DNA from: Chiloscyllium plagiosum
Taxonomy: Eukaryota
Reading direction: 5' to 3'
NCBI RefSeq assembly: GCF_004010195.1
Contig: NC_057721.1
Span: 44,451,040 to 44,515,039 of the forward strand
DNA: 64,000 bases
Part shown: piece after piece, positions 25,617-37,135 of the stretch
Layout: every line of letters starts with the position of its first letter
How positions within the stretch are numbered: position 1 is the first letter of the stretch
Notes under the pieces: model-generated
The model's database searches: none
Told to the model about the DNA's origin: nothing
Seen by the model: the letters and a program-made list of their open reading frames with translations, nothing else
Translations under genes and position numbers: made by a program

Positions 25617-25652
25617 ATTCCTGAAGAAGGGCTTATGCCCGAAACGTCGATT
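25617..25652 (+). ncRNA. Putative minimal type-I hammerhead ribozyme in a Penelope pLTR
   Basis: CTGAAGA-A-GGGC-TTAT-GCCC-GAAAC-GTC: CUGANGA core, 4-bp stem II, GAAA and a GUC triplet. Minimal hammerheads are known in PLE terminal repeats. Confidence 0.62.
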
Positions 25653-27409
25653 CTCCTGTTCCTTGGACGCTGCCTGACCTGCTGCGCTTTTCCAGCAACA
25701 CATTTTCAGCTCTGATCTCCAGCATCTGCAGTCCTCACTTTCTCCCTTCTCACTATTGTGTCAACCAGTCATAGCTATTCAGGCTATCCAAGTGTAGAAG
25801 CTTTTTTCCATTTAAGACCTCTGAAATAAACACGCAGGGAATGAAAACAAGTCTTCAAAGAAACAGTCATTTCAAGGTAAGAGAGATGTCATTCAAATAA
25901 TGCTTTCCCTCCCCTCTGCATCTGCCCGAGATCGAAGTGGATTAGCCATTAGACATTTGTAATGAGTCCATCTGTTTGGCCTATCAGTCTGCTTTTACTG
26001 ATATAGACTCGGAGAAGTGTTACCATTTGGAAGGAGGTCAATCGGTTCATTGTGTCTGCACCGGAAATTGGGAACATGGGATGGATGTGGACGAGAGGGT
26101 GAAGGTTTGAGGAGCTGACATTCACACTTATAACTGGACTGATTTCCCAGTAGAGGTGGGTGTTTCAACTTGCCTGCCCAACCATCTACCTGTCTCCTCT
26201 GATGCCTCTGGTCTGCCTCTGCAGCAGCAGACCCCATTCTACCCTTGCTGAAATGAAAGTATAGGAGGTGAGGACCTTCTTTAATGAGATGGATTTGCAA
26301 ACTTAGCAGCTTTCCTGATTCACAATACATGTCTCCTTTGCAAAAACATAGAGAGACTGCTTGGACTGCTCCTATTAGTGTGTGAATTGAATTATTTCAA
26401 TATCGCCGACATGATAATCAGTACTTTTGATCATTAAAATACCATGCAGTGAACTATCCAAATTTGCTTTAACATGCATGAATCTGCAAATTGTTTTAAT
26501 TGAGAGTTCACACCAGTCAGAGTCATAGAGATGTACAGCATGGAAACAGACCCTTCGGTCCAACCCGTCCATGCCGACCAGATACCACAACCCAATCTGG
26601 TCCCACCTGCCAGCACCTGGCCCATATCCCTCCAAACCCTTCCTATTCATATACCTATCCAAATGCCTCTTAAATGTTGCAATTGTACCAGCCTCCACCA
26701 CTTCCTCTGGCAGCTCATTCCATACACGTACCACCCTCTGTGTGAAAAGGTTGCCACTTGGGTCTCTTTCATATCTTTCCCCTCTCTCCCTAAACCTAAG
26801 CCCTCTAGACCCCAGGGAAAAGACTTTGTCTATTTACCCTCTCCATGCCCCTCATAGTTTTGTAGACCTCCATAAGGTCACCCCTCAGCCTCCGACGCTC
26901 CAGGGAAAACAGCGCCAGTCTGTTCAGCCTCTCCCTACAGCTCAAATCCTCCAACCCTGGCAACATCCTTGTAAACCTTTTCTGAACCCTTTCAAGTTTC
27001 ACAACATCTTTCCGACAGTGGCCTAACCAATGTCCTGTACAACCGCAACATGACACTCCAACTCCTGTACTCAGTACTCTGACCAATAAAAGAAAACATA
27101 CCAAATGCCTTTTTCACTATCCTATCTACCTGTGACTCCACTTTCAAGGATCTATGAACCTGAACTCCATCGTCTCCTTGTTCAACAACACACCCTAGGA
27201 CCTTACCATTAATTTAATGAGTCCTGCTAACATTTGCTTTCCCAAAATGCAGCACCTCACATTTATCTGAATTAAACTCCATCTGCCACTTCTCAGCCCA
27301 TTGGCCCATCTGGTCAAAATCCTGTTGTAATCTGAGGGTAACCCTCTTCGCTGTCCACTACACCTCCAATTTTGGTGTCATCTGCAAACTTACCAACTGT
27401 ACCTTTTCT

Positions 27410-28145
27410 AAAAGCAAATTACTGCGGATGCTGGAATCTGAAACCAAAAGACAAAATGCTGGAAAATCTCAGCAGGTCTGACAGCATTTGTAAGGAGAGA
27501 AAAGAACTCACCTTTCGAGTCTAACTGACCCTTTGTCAAAGCTAAAAAAAGGGAGAAATAGGGCGGTATTTATACTAGGCTGAGAGAAGGTGAGTCATGG
27601 CTCCAGAAGCAAAGGTAGCAATAAAGAGGTGATAATGACAGTGCAGAGAGAGATTATAGGGAGATTAGGAGCTGTGAATGACCAAGGCTGAAGCCAGTGC
27701 TATGTGACAAAATATGTGGGGGATGGGTGAAGCAGNNNNNNNNNNNNNNNNNNNNNNNNNNNNNNNNNNNNNNNNNNNNNNNNNNNNNTCTTTCCTCTCC
27801 TCTTTCCCCCTTTGCTACCCTTCTCCCCTGTTTTCCATTTGCCTCTGCTTCACCCATCTCCCCCATCCCCCACATATTTTGTCACATAGTACTGGCTTCA
27901 GCCTTGGTCATTCACAGCTCCTAATCTCCCTATAATCTCTCTCTGCACTGTCATTATCACCTCTTTATTGCTACCTTTGCTTCTGGAGCCATGACTCACC
28001 TTCTCTCAGCCTAGTATAAATATCTCCCTATTTCTCCCTAAATTAGCTTTGACAAAGGGTCAGTTGGACTCGAAACGTCAGCTCTTTTCTCTCCTTACAG
28101 ATGCTGCCAGACCGGCTGAGATTTTCCAGCATTTTCTCTTTTGAT
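27410..28145. mobile_element. Fold-back Penelope element: ~290-bp inverted arms around an N gap
   Basis: About 27445-27735 is the near-perfect reverse complement of about 27845-28144. The gap is 27736-27788. Confidence 0.8.
27736..27788. other. Assembly gap (N)
   Basis: Run of N. Confidence 1.
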
Positions 28146-28554
28146 ACCAACTATATCCAAATCATTTATGTAAATGACAAAAAGTAGAGGACCCAGCACC
28201 GATCCTTGTGGCACTCCACTGGTCACAGGCCTCCAGTCTGAAAAACAACCCTCCACCACCTCCCTCTGTCTTCTACCTTTGAGCCAGTTTTGTATCCAAA
28301 TGGCTATTTCTCCCTGTATTCCATGAGATCTAACCTTGCTAATCAATTTCCCATGGGGAGCCTTGTCAAAAGCCTTACTGAAGTCCAAATAGATCATATC
28401 TATCACTCTGCCCTCATCAATCCTCTTTGTTAATTCTTCAAAAAATTCAATCAAGTTTGTGAGACATGATTTAAACCTCCTTGTGTGATGTGATATTTCT
28501 TTCAGGAATAGAAAGTTTGTTGACAGACAGGAAATAAAGAACAAAGGAAAATTC

Positions 28555-29465
28555 TCCAGTTTCCAACACTTCCTCTGGCAGCCCATTCAATACATGCACC
28601 ACCACCTGTATGAAAAAGTTGCCCCTTAGATCCCTTTTATAACTTTCTCCTCTCAGCTTAGACCTATGCCCTCTAATTTTGGACTCCGCTCCCTTGGGAA
28701 AATCACCTTGGCTGTTCACCCTATCTATCCATGCCCCTCATAATTTTATAAACCTCTATAAGGCCATCCCTCAGCCTCCAACACTTCAGGGAAAATAGAG
28801 CCAGCCTATTCAGCCATTCCGTATAGCTCAAATCCTCCAACCTCAGCAAGATCCTTGTAAATCTTGTCTGGACCCTTTCAAGTCATCATTTTAATAGCAG
28901 GGAGACCAGAATTGAACGCTGTATTTCAAAAGTGGCCTAACCGATGTCAATATAGCCACAATATTACATCCCAACTCCTGTCCTCAATGCACTGACCAGG
29001 AAAGGCAAGTGTACTGAACACCTTCATTACTATGTCAATGTGTGACTCTATCTTCTGGGAACTATGAACCTGCACTCCAAGGTCTTTTTGTTCAGTAACA
29101 CTCTTCAGCACCTTACCATTAAGTTAAGACTTTCTGCCCTGATTTGCCTTTCCAAAATGCAGCAACTCCCATTTATCTAAATCAAACTCTATCTGCCACT
29201 TCTCGACTCATTGGTCCATCTGATCAAGGTTCCATTGCACACTGAGATTACCTTTCTCACTGTGCACTACACCTCCAATTTTGGTGTCATCTGCAAACTT
29301 ACTAACCATTCCTTCTATATTCACATCTCTAAATCATTTATATAAGTGACAAAAAGTAGTGGACCCAGCACCGATCCTTGTGACACGCCATTGGTCACAG
29401 ACCTCCAGTACGAAGAGCAATCCTCCACCACCACCGCCTCTGTCTCCAACCTTCTAGCCAATTTC
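28555..29465 (-). mobile_element. Second CR1 RT fragment
   Basis: KFADDTKIGG on the minus strand at about 29270-29300; RGNFF...VWN-like motifs. Confidence 0.85.
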
Positions 29466-29699
29466 CAGGGGTGTAAGGTTCTGCTGTGGGTCATATGACT
29501 GGACAGACTGATTCACAACCCGATGATCTTTAGGCAACTGGGTAAAGTGTCCCACAAGTGGTATCCAGAGTGTAGGATTTGCATTTTTTCGTTCTCTGCT
29601 GCTGTTCTATCCCAGCATTACTTTAAGCTGACAGGCAAGTTGTCACCATTCTGAATAATTGGTAACAAGTTCCTCCCAGTGAATAACGTCATTGTTGAA

Positions 29700-30140
29700 G
29701 TGCTTCAGGAAGAGCTTCAGAGTGTCTTCATCAGGTTTTCCATATCATCCCCTGGAACACTCACCTTATGAAAGTTGAGAAAATAGACATGGTGAAGAAG
29801 ATGGTTTTCAAGTGCATAGGCACAATGCTTATGAAGTTGATTTTGCAGGAGTTTTGCATGGATGATGGTGGAATTGTTTTTAAGAAGGACAACAGCATTT
29901 GGTTAATGTTCCCCTCATTGAATCTGGAGGATAAATCAAACATTGCCAGTGGAAATTCTCAAACACTTGATTAGTTCCAGATTCCACTGGAATTGACCTG
30001 CAGAGATCCTTAATGCAAACACTTGCTGTTTCTGTTTGTTGAAGGTTGGCACAGCTAAGTCAGTGTTGGAGCTTCTTGTTAAAGCGTGGCCTTTTGAGAG
30101 CGGTGGCCGCCAAATTATGGGAAGTGTTCAACATACTCTA
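29700..30140 (-). mobile_element. Degraded RTE-clade LINE remnant
   Basis: The minus strand gives ...gaagacactctgaagctcttcctg (KDTLK.SL-like) and (E)QFH...K.LQ-like segments, typical of the RTE ORF C-terminus. Confidence 0.5.
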
Positions 30141-30555
30141 GAGATATATAGGAGGTGGAATATTTAGCAGGTGTGAGTTCATAATTGTTGCCTAAGAAAA
30201 ATCATTTAAAGGACATGTTGAATTTATGCAGATTGGTTAAATCAAGTCTGGTATGCCAAATTGAACAGACTGAGAGGCATCCAAGCTGTATTATTCAAGG
30301 GATCAACAGTGCACACAAGCCTTTCCACCACATCAACCCACAGATTTATTGGATTAGACTGTAAAGGGGGTAAAAGCTATTCTTCAACTAATCAAAGCCT
30401 TGGTTAGACCACACATTAATTATTTGGAGCAGATTTGGGTGCCACCATAAAAAGGATATATTGATCCTATAGGGAATGCAATGCAAGTTGACCAGAATTA
30501 TATACACTGGCTCCATGGATTTTGTTTCTCCCAAATGAAATTAGATTGTGAATTA

Positions 30556-31279
30556 CCGTATATACTCATGTATAGATCAAATATGAAGATGGAATTTTAA
30601 AGCTGAAATTAGGGAGTCAACTGATACACAAGGTATTGTTTTCGAGGCGATGAAATTCATGTTTGTTATAAATCAAAAAATGGACAAACAAGAGTCAGAT
30701 CTCCATGTAATATGATAAACAACAAAAGGAAAAGTGCTAAAACAATTATAATACTTTCAAACTATATAGGTCAATATCTACAGTGATTGAGTATAGGACA
30801 TATGGCAAAGAAAACAGTTTGTACTCAAGTCTTGATTGTCATTTGCATTTCATCTTTGAGTAGTAAGTACGTTTTTAAGTACTAGCGAGAGAAAGGCAAT
30901 CACAAACAAGTCAATATCCATTTGGTCATTTAAATGGGATACTTACCTACCAGGTAGCCCCCTGGTCCGTAGTTCTGTAATATATTTGGACCGCAGTAAA
31001 CTGTGGAAGCAGACTCGGTTGATTACAGTAATTTTGAAAACCTGGAGCGAAATGTGATGGCTGGTGGACTAGAAAACCCGTAACAGAGCAGTACAGCCAG
31101 CAGACTGGAAAGCCGGAGTGGAGCACAACAGGCAGGTACACTGACTCATATAAATGTTGATCTGTAACTGGGAATAGGGTCAACTTATACAGAAGATACA
31201 AGGAAAATACAAGATTTTTTTGGCCAAAAATAAGGGGTTTACTTATACGTGAGATCGACCTATACACAAGTGTATACGA
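30556..31279. mobile_element. Tc1/mariner (pogo-like) MITE with TA TSD
   Basis: TA|CCGTATATACTCATGTATAGATC ... GACCTATACACAAGTGTATACGA|TA (18/23 TIR match). Subterminal repeats gtcaac(t/c)(g/t)atac at about 30616 and 31179. Inserted in an old CR1 (about 30190-31350). Confidence 0.8.
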
Positions 31280-31666
31280 TAGTCACAGTCCCATTGAGTG
31301 AATGGGCTTGAAAGGCTAAATAGCTAACTTCTACATTCCTTTGTTGTACAATCATTCACGTTTTTTTGCACAAGTCGACTATTTCAATGCACTCTTAGGT
31401 TAGATCTCACACTCTACTCTTCATAAATTTGAGGTTATTTAACCCTCTGCTGTCTGCATCCTTACTCATACCAAATTCTGTTCCCCTCTTCCCTGCCATC
31501 ACTGACTTACATTGGTGTCAAGTCAAACAATGCTTTGATTCTAAAACTTTCATCCTGCCTTTCAAACTCCTCTATGGCCAACATCACCCTATCTCGGTAA
31601 TTTCATTCAGCCCCACTAGGTCTATGGTATTCGCCCTCAACAAATTCTGGTCTTTTGCGCATCACC

Positions 31667-32495
31667 GATTTTAATCACTCCACTATTGATGGCTTAGGTG
31701 TACACTCTGGAATTGTCACCCTAAATCCATATGACTTTCTATCTTTTTCCAACTTTAGGAAGCTCTGGAAAACCTAATCCTTTGATTGAACATTTGGCTA
31801 TTTTCTCTAACATTGCCCTATGTAGCTGAGTGTCTAATTTTGCTTTGTAATTTTTCTGTGAAGTGCCTTGGGACATTTTGTTGCACTATAAATACTATAT
31901 AAGTGCAAATTAGTGTTGTCATTTAATATGTTGAGCAAACAGAACATTCCTTTTCTAAAATAAAATCAAAATTATAGCGATCAGTAAAATAGACTTTGCT
32001 TGGAAAAGTTATAATATCAACTGGGAGAAAGTGAGGATTTTAATCACTCCACTATTGATGGCTTAGGTGTACACTCTGGAATTGTCACCCTAAATCCATA
32101 TGACTTTCTATCTTTTTCCAACTTTAGGAAGCTCTGGAAAACCTAATCCTTTGATTGAACATTTGGCTATTTTCTCTAACATTGCCCTATGTAGCTGAGT
32201 GTCTAATTTTGCTTTGTAATTTTTCTGTGAAGTGCCTTGGAACATTTTAGATTAGATTAGATTGCTTACAGTGTGGAAACAGGCCCTTCGGCCCAACAAG
32301 TCCACACCGACCCGCCGAAGCGCAACCCACCCATTTTGTTGCACTATAAATACTATATAAGTGCAAATTAGTGTTGTCATTTAATATGTTGAGCAAACAG
32401 AACATTCCTTTTCTAAAATAAAATCAAAATTATAGCAATCAGTAAAATAGACTTTGCTTGGAAAAGTTATAATATCAACTGGGAGAAAGTGAGGA
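31667..32495. repeat. 369-bp tandem duplication; the second copy carries an 83-bp SINE-tail insertion
   Basis: GATTTTAATCACTCC starts at 31667 and 32036. The copies are near identical apart from the insert. Confidence 0.95.
32249..32331 (-). mobile_element. 5'-truncated SINE/CR1 3' end with 6-bp TSD
   Basis: CATTTT at 32243-32248 and 32332-32337; (AGATT)n tail; absent from copy 1. Confidence 0.88.
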
Positions 32496-32657
32496 CTGCA
32501 GATGCTGGAGATCAGAGCTGAAAAATGTGTTGCTGGAAAAGGGCAGCAGGTCAGGCAGCATCCAAGGAGCAGGAGGCTTATTCCCGAAACATCGATTCTC
32601 CTGCTCCTTGGATGCTGCCTGACCTGCTGCGCTTTTCCAGCAACACATTTTTCAGCA
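32482..32657. mobile_element. Mini fold-back Penelope pLTR (hairpin)
   Basis: gctgaaaaatgtgttgctggaaaag...ggagcaggag is inverted to ctcctgctcc...cttttccagcaacacatttttcagc. Confidence 0.85.
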
Positions 32658-33719
32658 AAGTTATATCGCCTTCCCTATAATCGATAGGCATACCATATAT
32701 TACAATGCATGAAAATAATTTAAAAAGCTGCAACTTGATCTTGGGTATGATATTTTCATGATAAATAGGTTAAATTTATGTAATTCTTGCAAGTTCACTG
32801 AAAACATGAAAGAGTTTTGAAAAAATACCACAGGTTTTGCTCAAAAGTGGCATGTTTCATCAAATTATGTTGTATGCATCCTTAGGCGCATGATCCATGT
32901 ATTATTTAACTGTCTTGTCCTCACCAGAATAAACATTTTATATAAAGGAAATGTGCAGTCAAAGGGTTATCACAATTCTATAGATCTTCATATGGGTTTG
33001 ATTCATTTCTGTGCATGCCATTTATTGAGAACTATGGCCTTCTTGAAAACAATCAGCAGTCAGATTGTAGAGCCCACACGTATGATTGTGAAAGTGACCA
33101 TGGCAACTTCTCATCTCAAATTGTGTTGGCAATTTTATGAATACTGTTTGAAAACACAATATAATTGTGAAGCAGCATTGTGCTATTTACTCAGCCCATT
33201 GAATGCTGACTTCTGCTGGAACAGCATTAAGTAGATATTGTGTAAAACGGAGATGCTTTGTATATAGTGATCATAAACAACACATCACAACGTGTACTGA
33301 AAGCAACAAATGTCTCATATTCCCGTTTTATTGTCTCTTTTGCTGTGTTTGCCTTCAAATGCAAAGCCATGCCCATTTTGAAAACCGTCATCCTATATGC
33401 CCTTACAGTATTTACAAGGTAATTATAAAGTTCATTATGTGCTCCATTGTCTAACATTCTGTTCTTTGCAATACTAAGGCTTCTGGTATGAAACACAATG
33501 TTTATGACTTCTGACACTAGAAAGTCAAGCTCTGTTAAATACTTCTTAAGGTGCCACTTGTTCAGCTTGAATCTTATATAAATGTGAAGTCCCTGACTTG
33601 AATTTCATTAAAACTTACTTTCTTTTCCCCAAAACAAAATTGTAAGTCTGTTTTTTTTAGGAGTTAGAATAAAGGAACAGGCTTTAGCAATGTAAACAAA
33701 GGTACTGCCACGAGGGGAA

Positions 33720-34330
33720 GACAGATGCCAAAATGTCAGTAGCCCACAAACTAAGCCATTAAAGGCAGCTTCTATTCTTCCAAGTAGAAGCTGATGGCAT
33801 TAGCGAAGTGTTAGCTATGCAAAAAAAGTATCATTTGAGGTGACAGGTTTACTATAGAAGAAGAGGAGAATTAATCACTTTATCCATGAAGAAGTTTGAC
33901 CCAGAATGGGTCATTTGGGTTCACAATGATAACAGGCTTTCCAGTACTACAGGACTGCGCCTATGTGGCACTATGGAGGAGCAGTACTATAGCCTTAGGG
34001 ACTGTCACTCAGTCCATTCACACTACATGTGTGATGCACTGAGATGTCTCAATAAATGCCTACTATCCTGGCAGCACATGATGATTTTACCCAGTTAACA
34101 ATTCCAACCATCTATGAACTTTACAGCCATAAGGTGGCTGTGGGAGACCCGGCAACTTCCAGTCCCTTCCATTATAGGGGCTTATGACCACTTTCCATCA
34201 TCTTACCTCACAAAGTCAGAGGACCTACATTAAAAGTTATGGAGTCACCTGCTACACTGGAGCAAACCATTGGGTTAATAGATTCCTGAAACAATGATTT
34301 TATGACTTGGTTTACGGCGTGCCGGGGACA
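33720..34330 (+). pseudogene. Highly decayed PIF/Harbinger (HARBI1-like) DDE transposase
   Basis: Frameshifted motifs in the correct order: GSF...DGIS (about 33764-33805), CDA (about 34028), INAYYPGS-HD (about 34052), WL-GD (about 34135), LMT (about 34180), TLEQTIGL (about 34255). Confidence 0.55.
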
Positions 34331-35039
34331 GTGGTGGTGAAATTTGTGCATGAAATGTCCAAGATAGTCTCCATGCAGTACACTGTATCCTCTATTGTAT
34401 TAACAATTATGAGGGCCCCAGGCAGTTCCTCTCTGTGATCCTGAGGACATATCATTGGCAGGTGGAGAGGAGGAGGAGGAGGAGGAAGGGAGAAAACCAC
34501 ATATCCCAAATGTAACTGGATAGAGTGAAAAGGACCATTTGTGAGTCTTTGCTTCAGTCAAATGGAACTTCGCCAGCATTTACATTAATCCACCATTTAC
34601 AAATAATATATCCAGAATTAGACACCATGTCACAAACTCTCGAGCCTGCTTCAAAATCACATCAATTATCACGTAATGTCTTTAAGCAGCCAGTAATAAA
34701 TAATACAAAAAAGCTAATAAATTGTTTGTATTTCCTTCGTGTCTGCCTTGCTGTGATCTTGTCCGACCCAGTGGTCCTATGTAATGCTATCCCAGATGCT
34801 GGAACATGGCAGATGGAAGACTGCTGACCTTCACTGGGAGAGCTGCAGCCAACCTTGCAGGGCAGCCTTGAGTAACTGTGAGCCTTGAGAAGCCCAGCTT
34901 TGGACTGCACCACTTCGGGCGGCAGCAGATTGAGCTGACTGACAGACAGCAGCAAGGCGGATGGTGGGAGGATGAATATTGTCATCCTGTGAGAGGAGGG
35001 CAGGTCATGTTCCACAGTGCCACTGTCACTGCTACAAAT

Positions 35040-35258
35040 CAGGTTGTACCCTCTACCTGTCTCCACCTATTCCCACTCCATCACCCTGGCCCCACCACCC
35101 CCTTTATTTGCAGCTTCCCCCAAACACACCCCCAGACCTGAAGAAGGGCTACACCCAAAAAGTCGACTTCTCCACCTCCTGATGCTGCCTGGCTAGCTGT
35201 GTTCTTCCAGCCTCCTGCCTGTCTATTTTGATTCCAGCATCTGCAGTGTTTTTGTCTC
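35040..35258 (+). mobile_element. Penelope pLTR of another subfamily
   Basis: C-rich stretch, CTGAAGAAGGG...AAAAGTCGAC, cctgatgctgcctgg...ccagcatctgcag. Confidence 0.65.
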
Positions 35259-35599
35259 CATCAAAGCATCATCTCGGCATCCATGGTGGTATCTGTCTGT
35301 GCCTGGCTGGTCGTGCTTTGAAACTGCAAACCAGCAGCCAGTAATCTGATTACTTCCGTCTGATTTTCCACTGCAGTGCAGTTACTTCAGCAGGATTTTG
35401 TAATCAAAGCTGAGACTACGGTCATCAAATACTCCCTACACAGCAGAACGTGTGGGCTTCAGACTCTCCACAATATCCTCTGATCTGCAGGAGCTGGGTT
35501 CCTCATGCTTGTAGTCCTGATGGCTACATACACGTTCCTGGTAACATATCACATCAGATTCCAACTCTAAACTATCATCAAAAGTTCACATAGTTCTGG

Positions 35600-36670
35600 C
35601 ATCTTTTCCAAGAATGTTTTTTTCCAAGAATGCCCTTGATTTGGGGAAAACACCATAATATTGGAGATGGCAAGTGTAACTCCCACAGAAGTCAGGAAAC
35701 TACAGGCCAGTGAATGTAACATCTGTCCTTGGAAATAAATGATAAAGCCTATTATTAAAGAAGTTATAATAGGATATTTGATAGGTTTAATACATAGACA
35801 ACATTATTTGTGAGAGAAAAATCATGTTTGATTAATCTGTTGGAGTACTTTGCAGAGTAAACACGTTGTGGAAAACAGGAAATGGATGTGTGCAGTATAC
35901 TTATATTTGCAGAAAGTATTTGATAAAGTGTCACATCGAAGGATATTGCAGAAATAAAATCTCATGCTGTAGTAAGTGGCATAGTAATATGGGTAGAATT
36001 CCTGGCTGACAGGAATTAGAGAGTAGGGATAAATGGGTCTTCTTTAGGGTTGCAATGAGTGTGTACCACAGGGATTGATACTGGGACCTCAACTGTTTCC
36101 AATTAATATAAATGACTTTGATGAAACTGCAGAAGGTATGATCCCCAATAACACAAAGATAGGGCAGGAAATAAAGTCTGACGAGGACATAAGGATTCTG
36201 CAGAGGGACAGAGACAGATTAATTGAATGGGAAAAGATATGCCAAATGGAGCATATTGTGGGAAAATATAAAATTGTTCACTTTGGGAGGAAGAATGAGA
36301 AAGAAGCATATTATCTAAATGGTGACAGATTGAAGGTTTATGAAATACAGAGGAATCTGGGTATCTAATGAGTGAATCAAAAGAGGTTAGTAAGCAGGTA
36401 CAGCAAGTAATTAGGAATGCTAGGAGAATGTTATCATTTTTTGTGAGAGGAATTGAATTTAAAAGTAGGGAGGTTATATTTCAGTTTTACAGGATATTGT
36501 TGAGACCATATCTGGAGTACTGTGTTGGTTATCTTACTTAAGAAGACATATAAATTCATTGGAAGCAGTTCATAGAAGGTTTGTCAAACTAATATCTAAG
36601 AATCTTCAGGTAGTCTTCTGAAGAACTATTGGATAGACTAGCCTTGTATTCGCTGGAATTTTACAACAGT
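35600..36670 (+). mobile_element. Old CR1 RT remnant
   Basis: GNYRPV, KSCLINLLEYF, ILGPQLFPININD and IVHFGRKN motifs. Confidence 0.8.
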
Positions 36671-36879
36671 AAAGCAAGGTGAGACTAAAGGCTTTTAAAA
36701 TGGTAACTTGCTAAGAGTGAGAATTCAACAGTCAGTACAAATAGCTGTAAAAGCAGGTTCAAAAATTGCTTTGTAGGCTGTGGTGGTCAGTGACAATGAC
36801 AACTTCTCATATTGGATCAGTTGGTACCACAGGATGGTTCCTTAGGCGATTTAAGATGGCCGTTAAAAGTTAGTCGCAT

Positions 36880-37135
36880 TACTACATGTCTAGATTCAAA
36901 TGTAAACTAGGCCAGGTAAGGATTGCAGATTTTCTTCTCTGAAGAGCATTCATGAACCAAATGGCTCTTTATGGCAATTAGCGATTGTTTCATGATCTCT
37001 ATTACCGAGACTGGCTTTCAATTCCAGATTTTATTAAACTAAATTCTACCAGCTGGCAGGGTGGAATTTGAGCCAGTGTTGTTACAGCAATGGCCAGGCC
37101 ATCTGGATTCCAAGCCCAATGACATCACCAGCAAG
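36880..37135 (-). mobile_element. SINE remnant (family at 61360-61710)
   Basis: aggccaggtaaggattgcagattt...catgaaccaaatgg...ccagattttatt core. Confidence 0.5.

Larger units (their letters stand above)
24603..25745 (+). mobile_element. Composite Penelope insertion (GIY-YIG fragment, cargo, pLTR) with 15-bp TSD
   Basis: TSD CTTCTCACTATTGTG at 24588-24602 and 25746-25760. HIIYCIRCTRCGLLYIGETGR at about 24637-24699; pLTR at about 25566-25745. Confidence 0.88.
26517..28470 (-). mobile_element. CR1 LINE RT and 3' end, split by a fold-back Penelope
   Basis: ORFs with [23 protein letters not shown] and ERVQKRFTRMLPG. The CR1 stops at about 27405 and resumes at about 28150. Confidence 0.92.
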
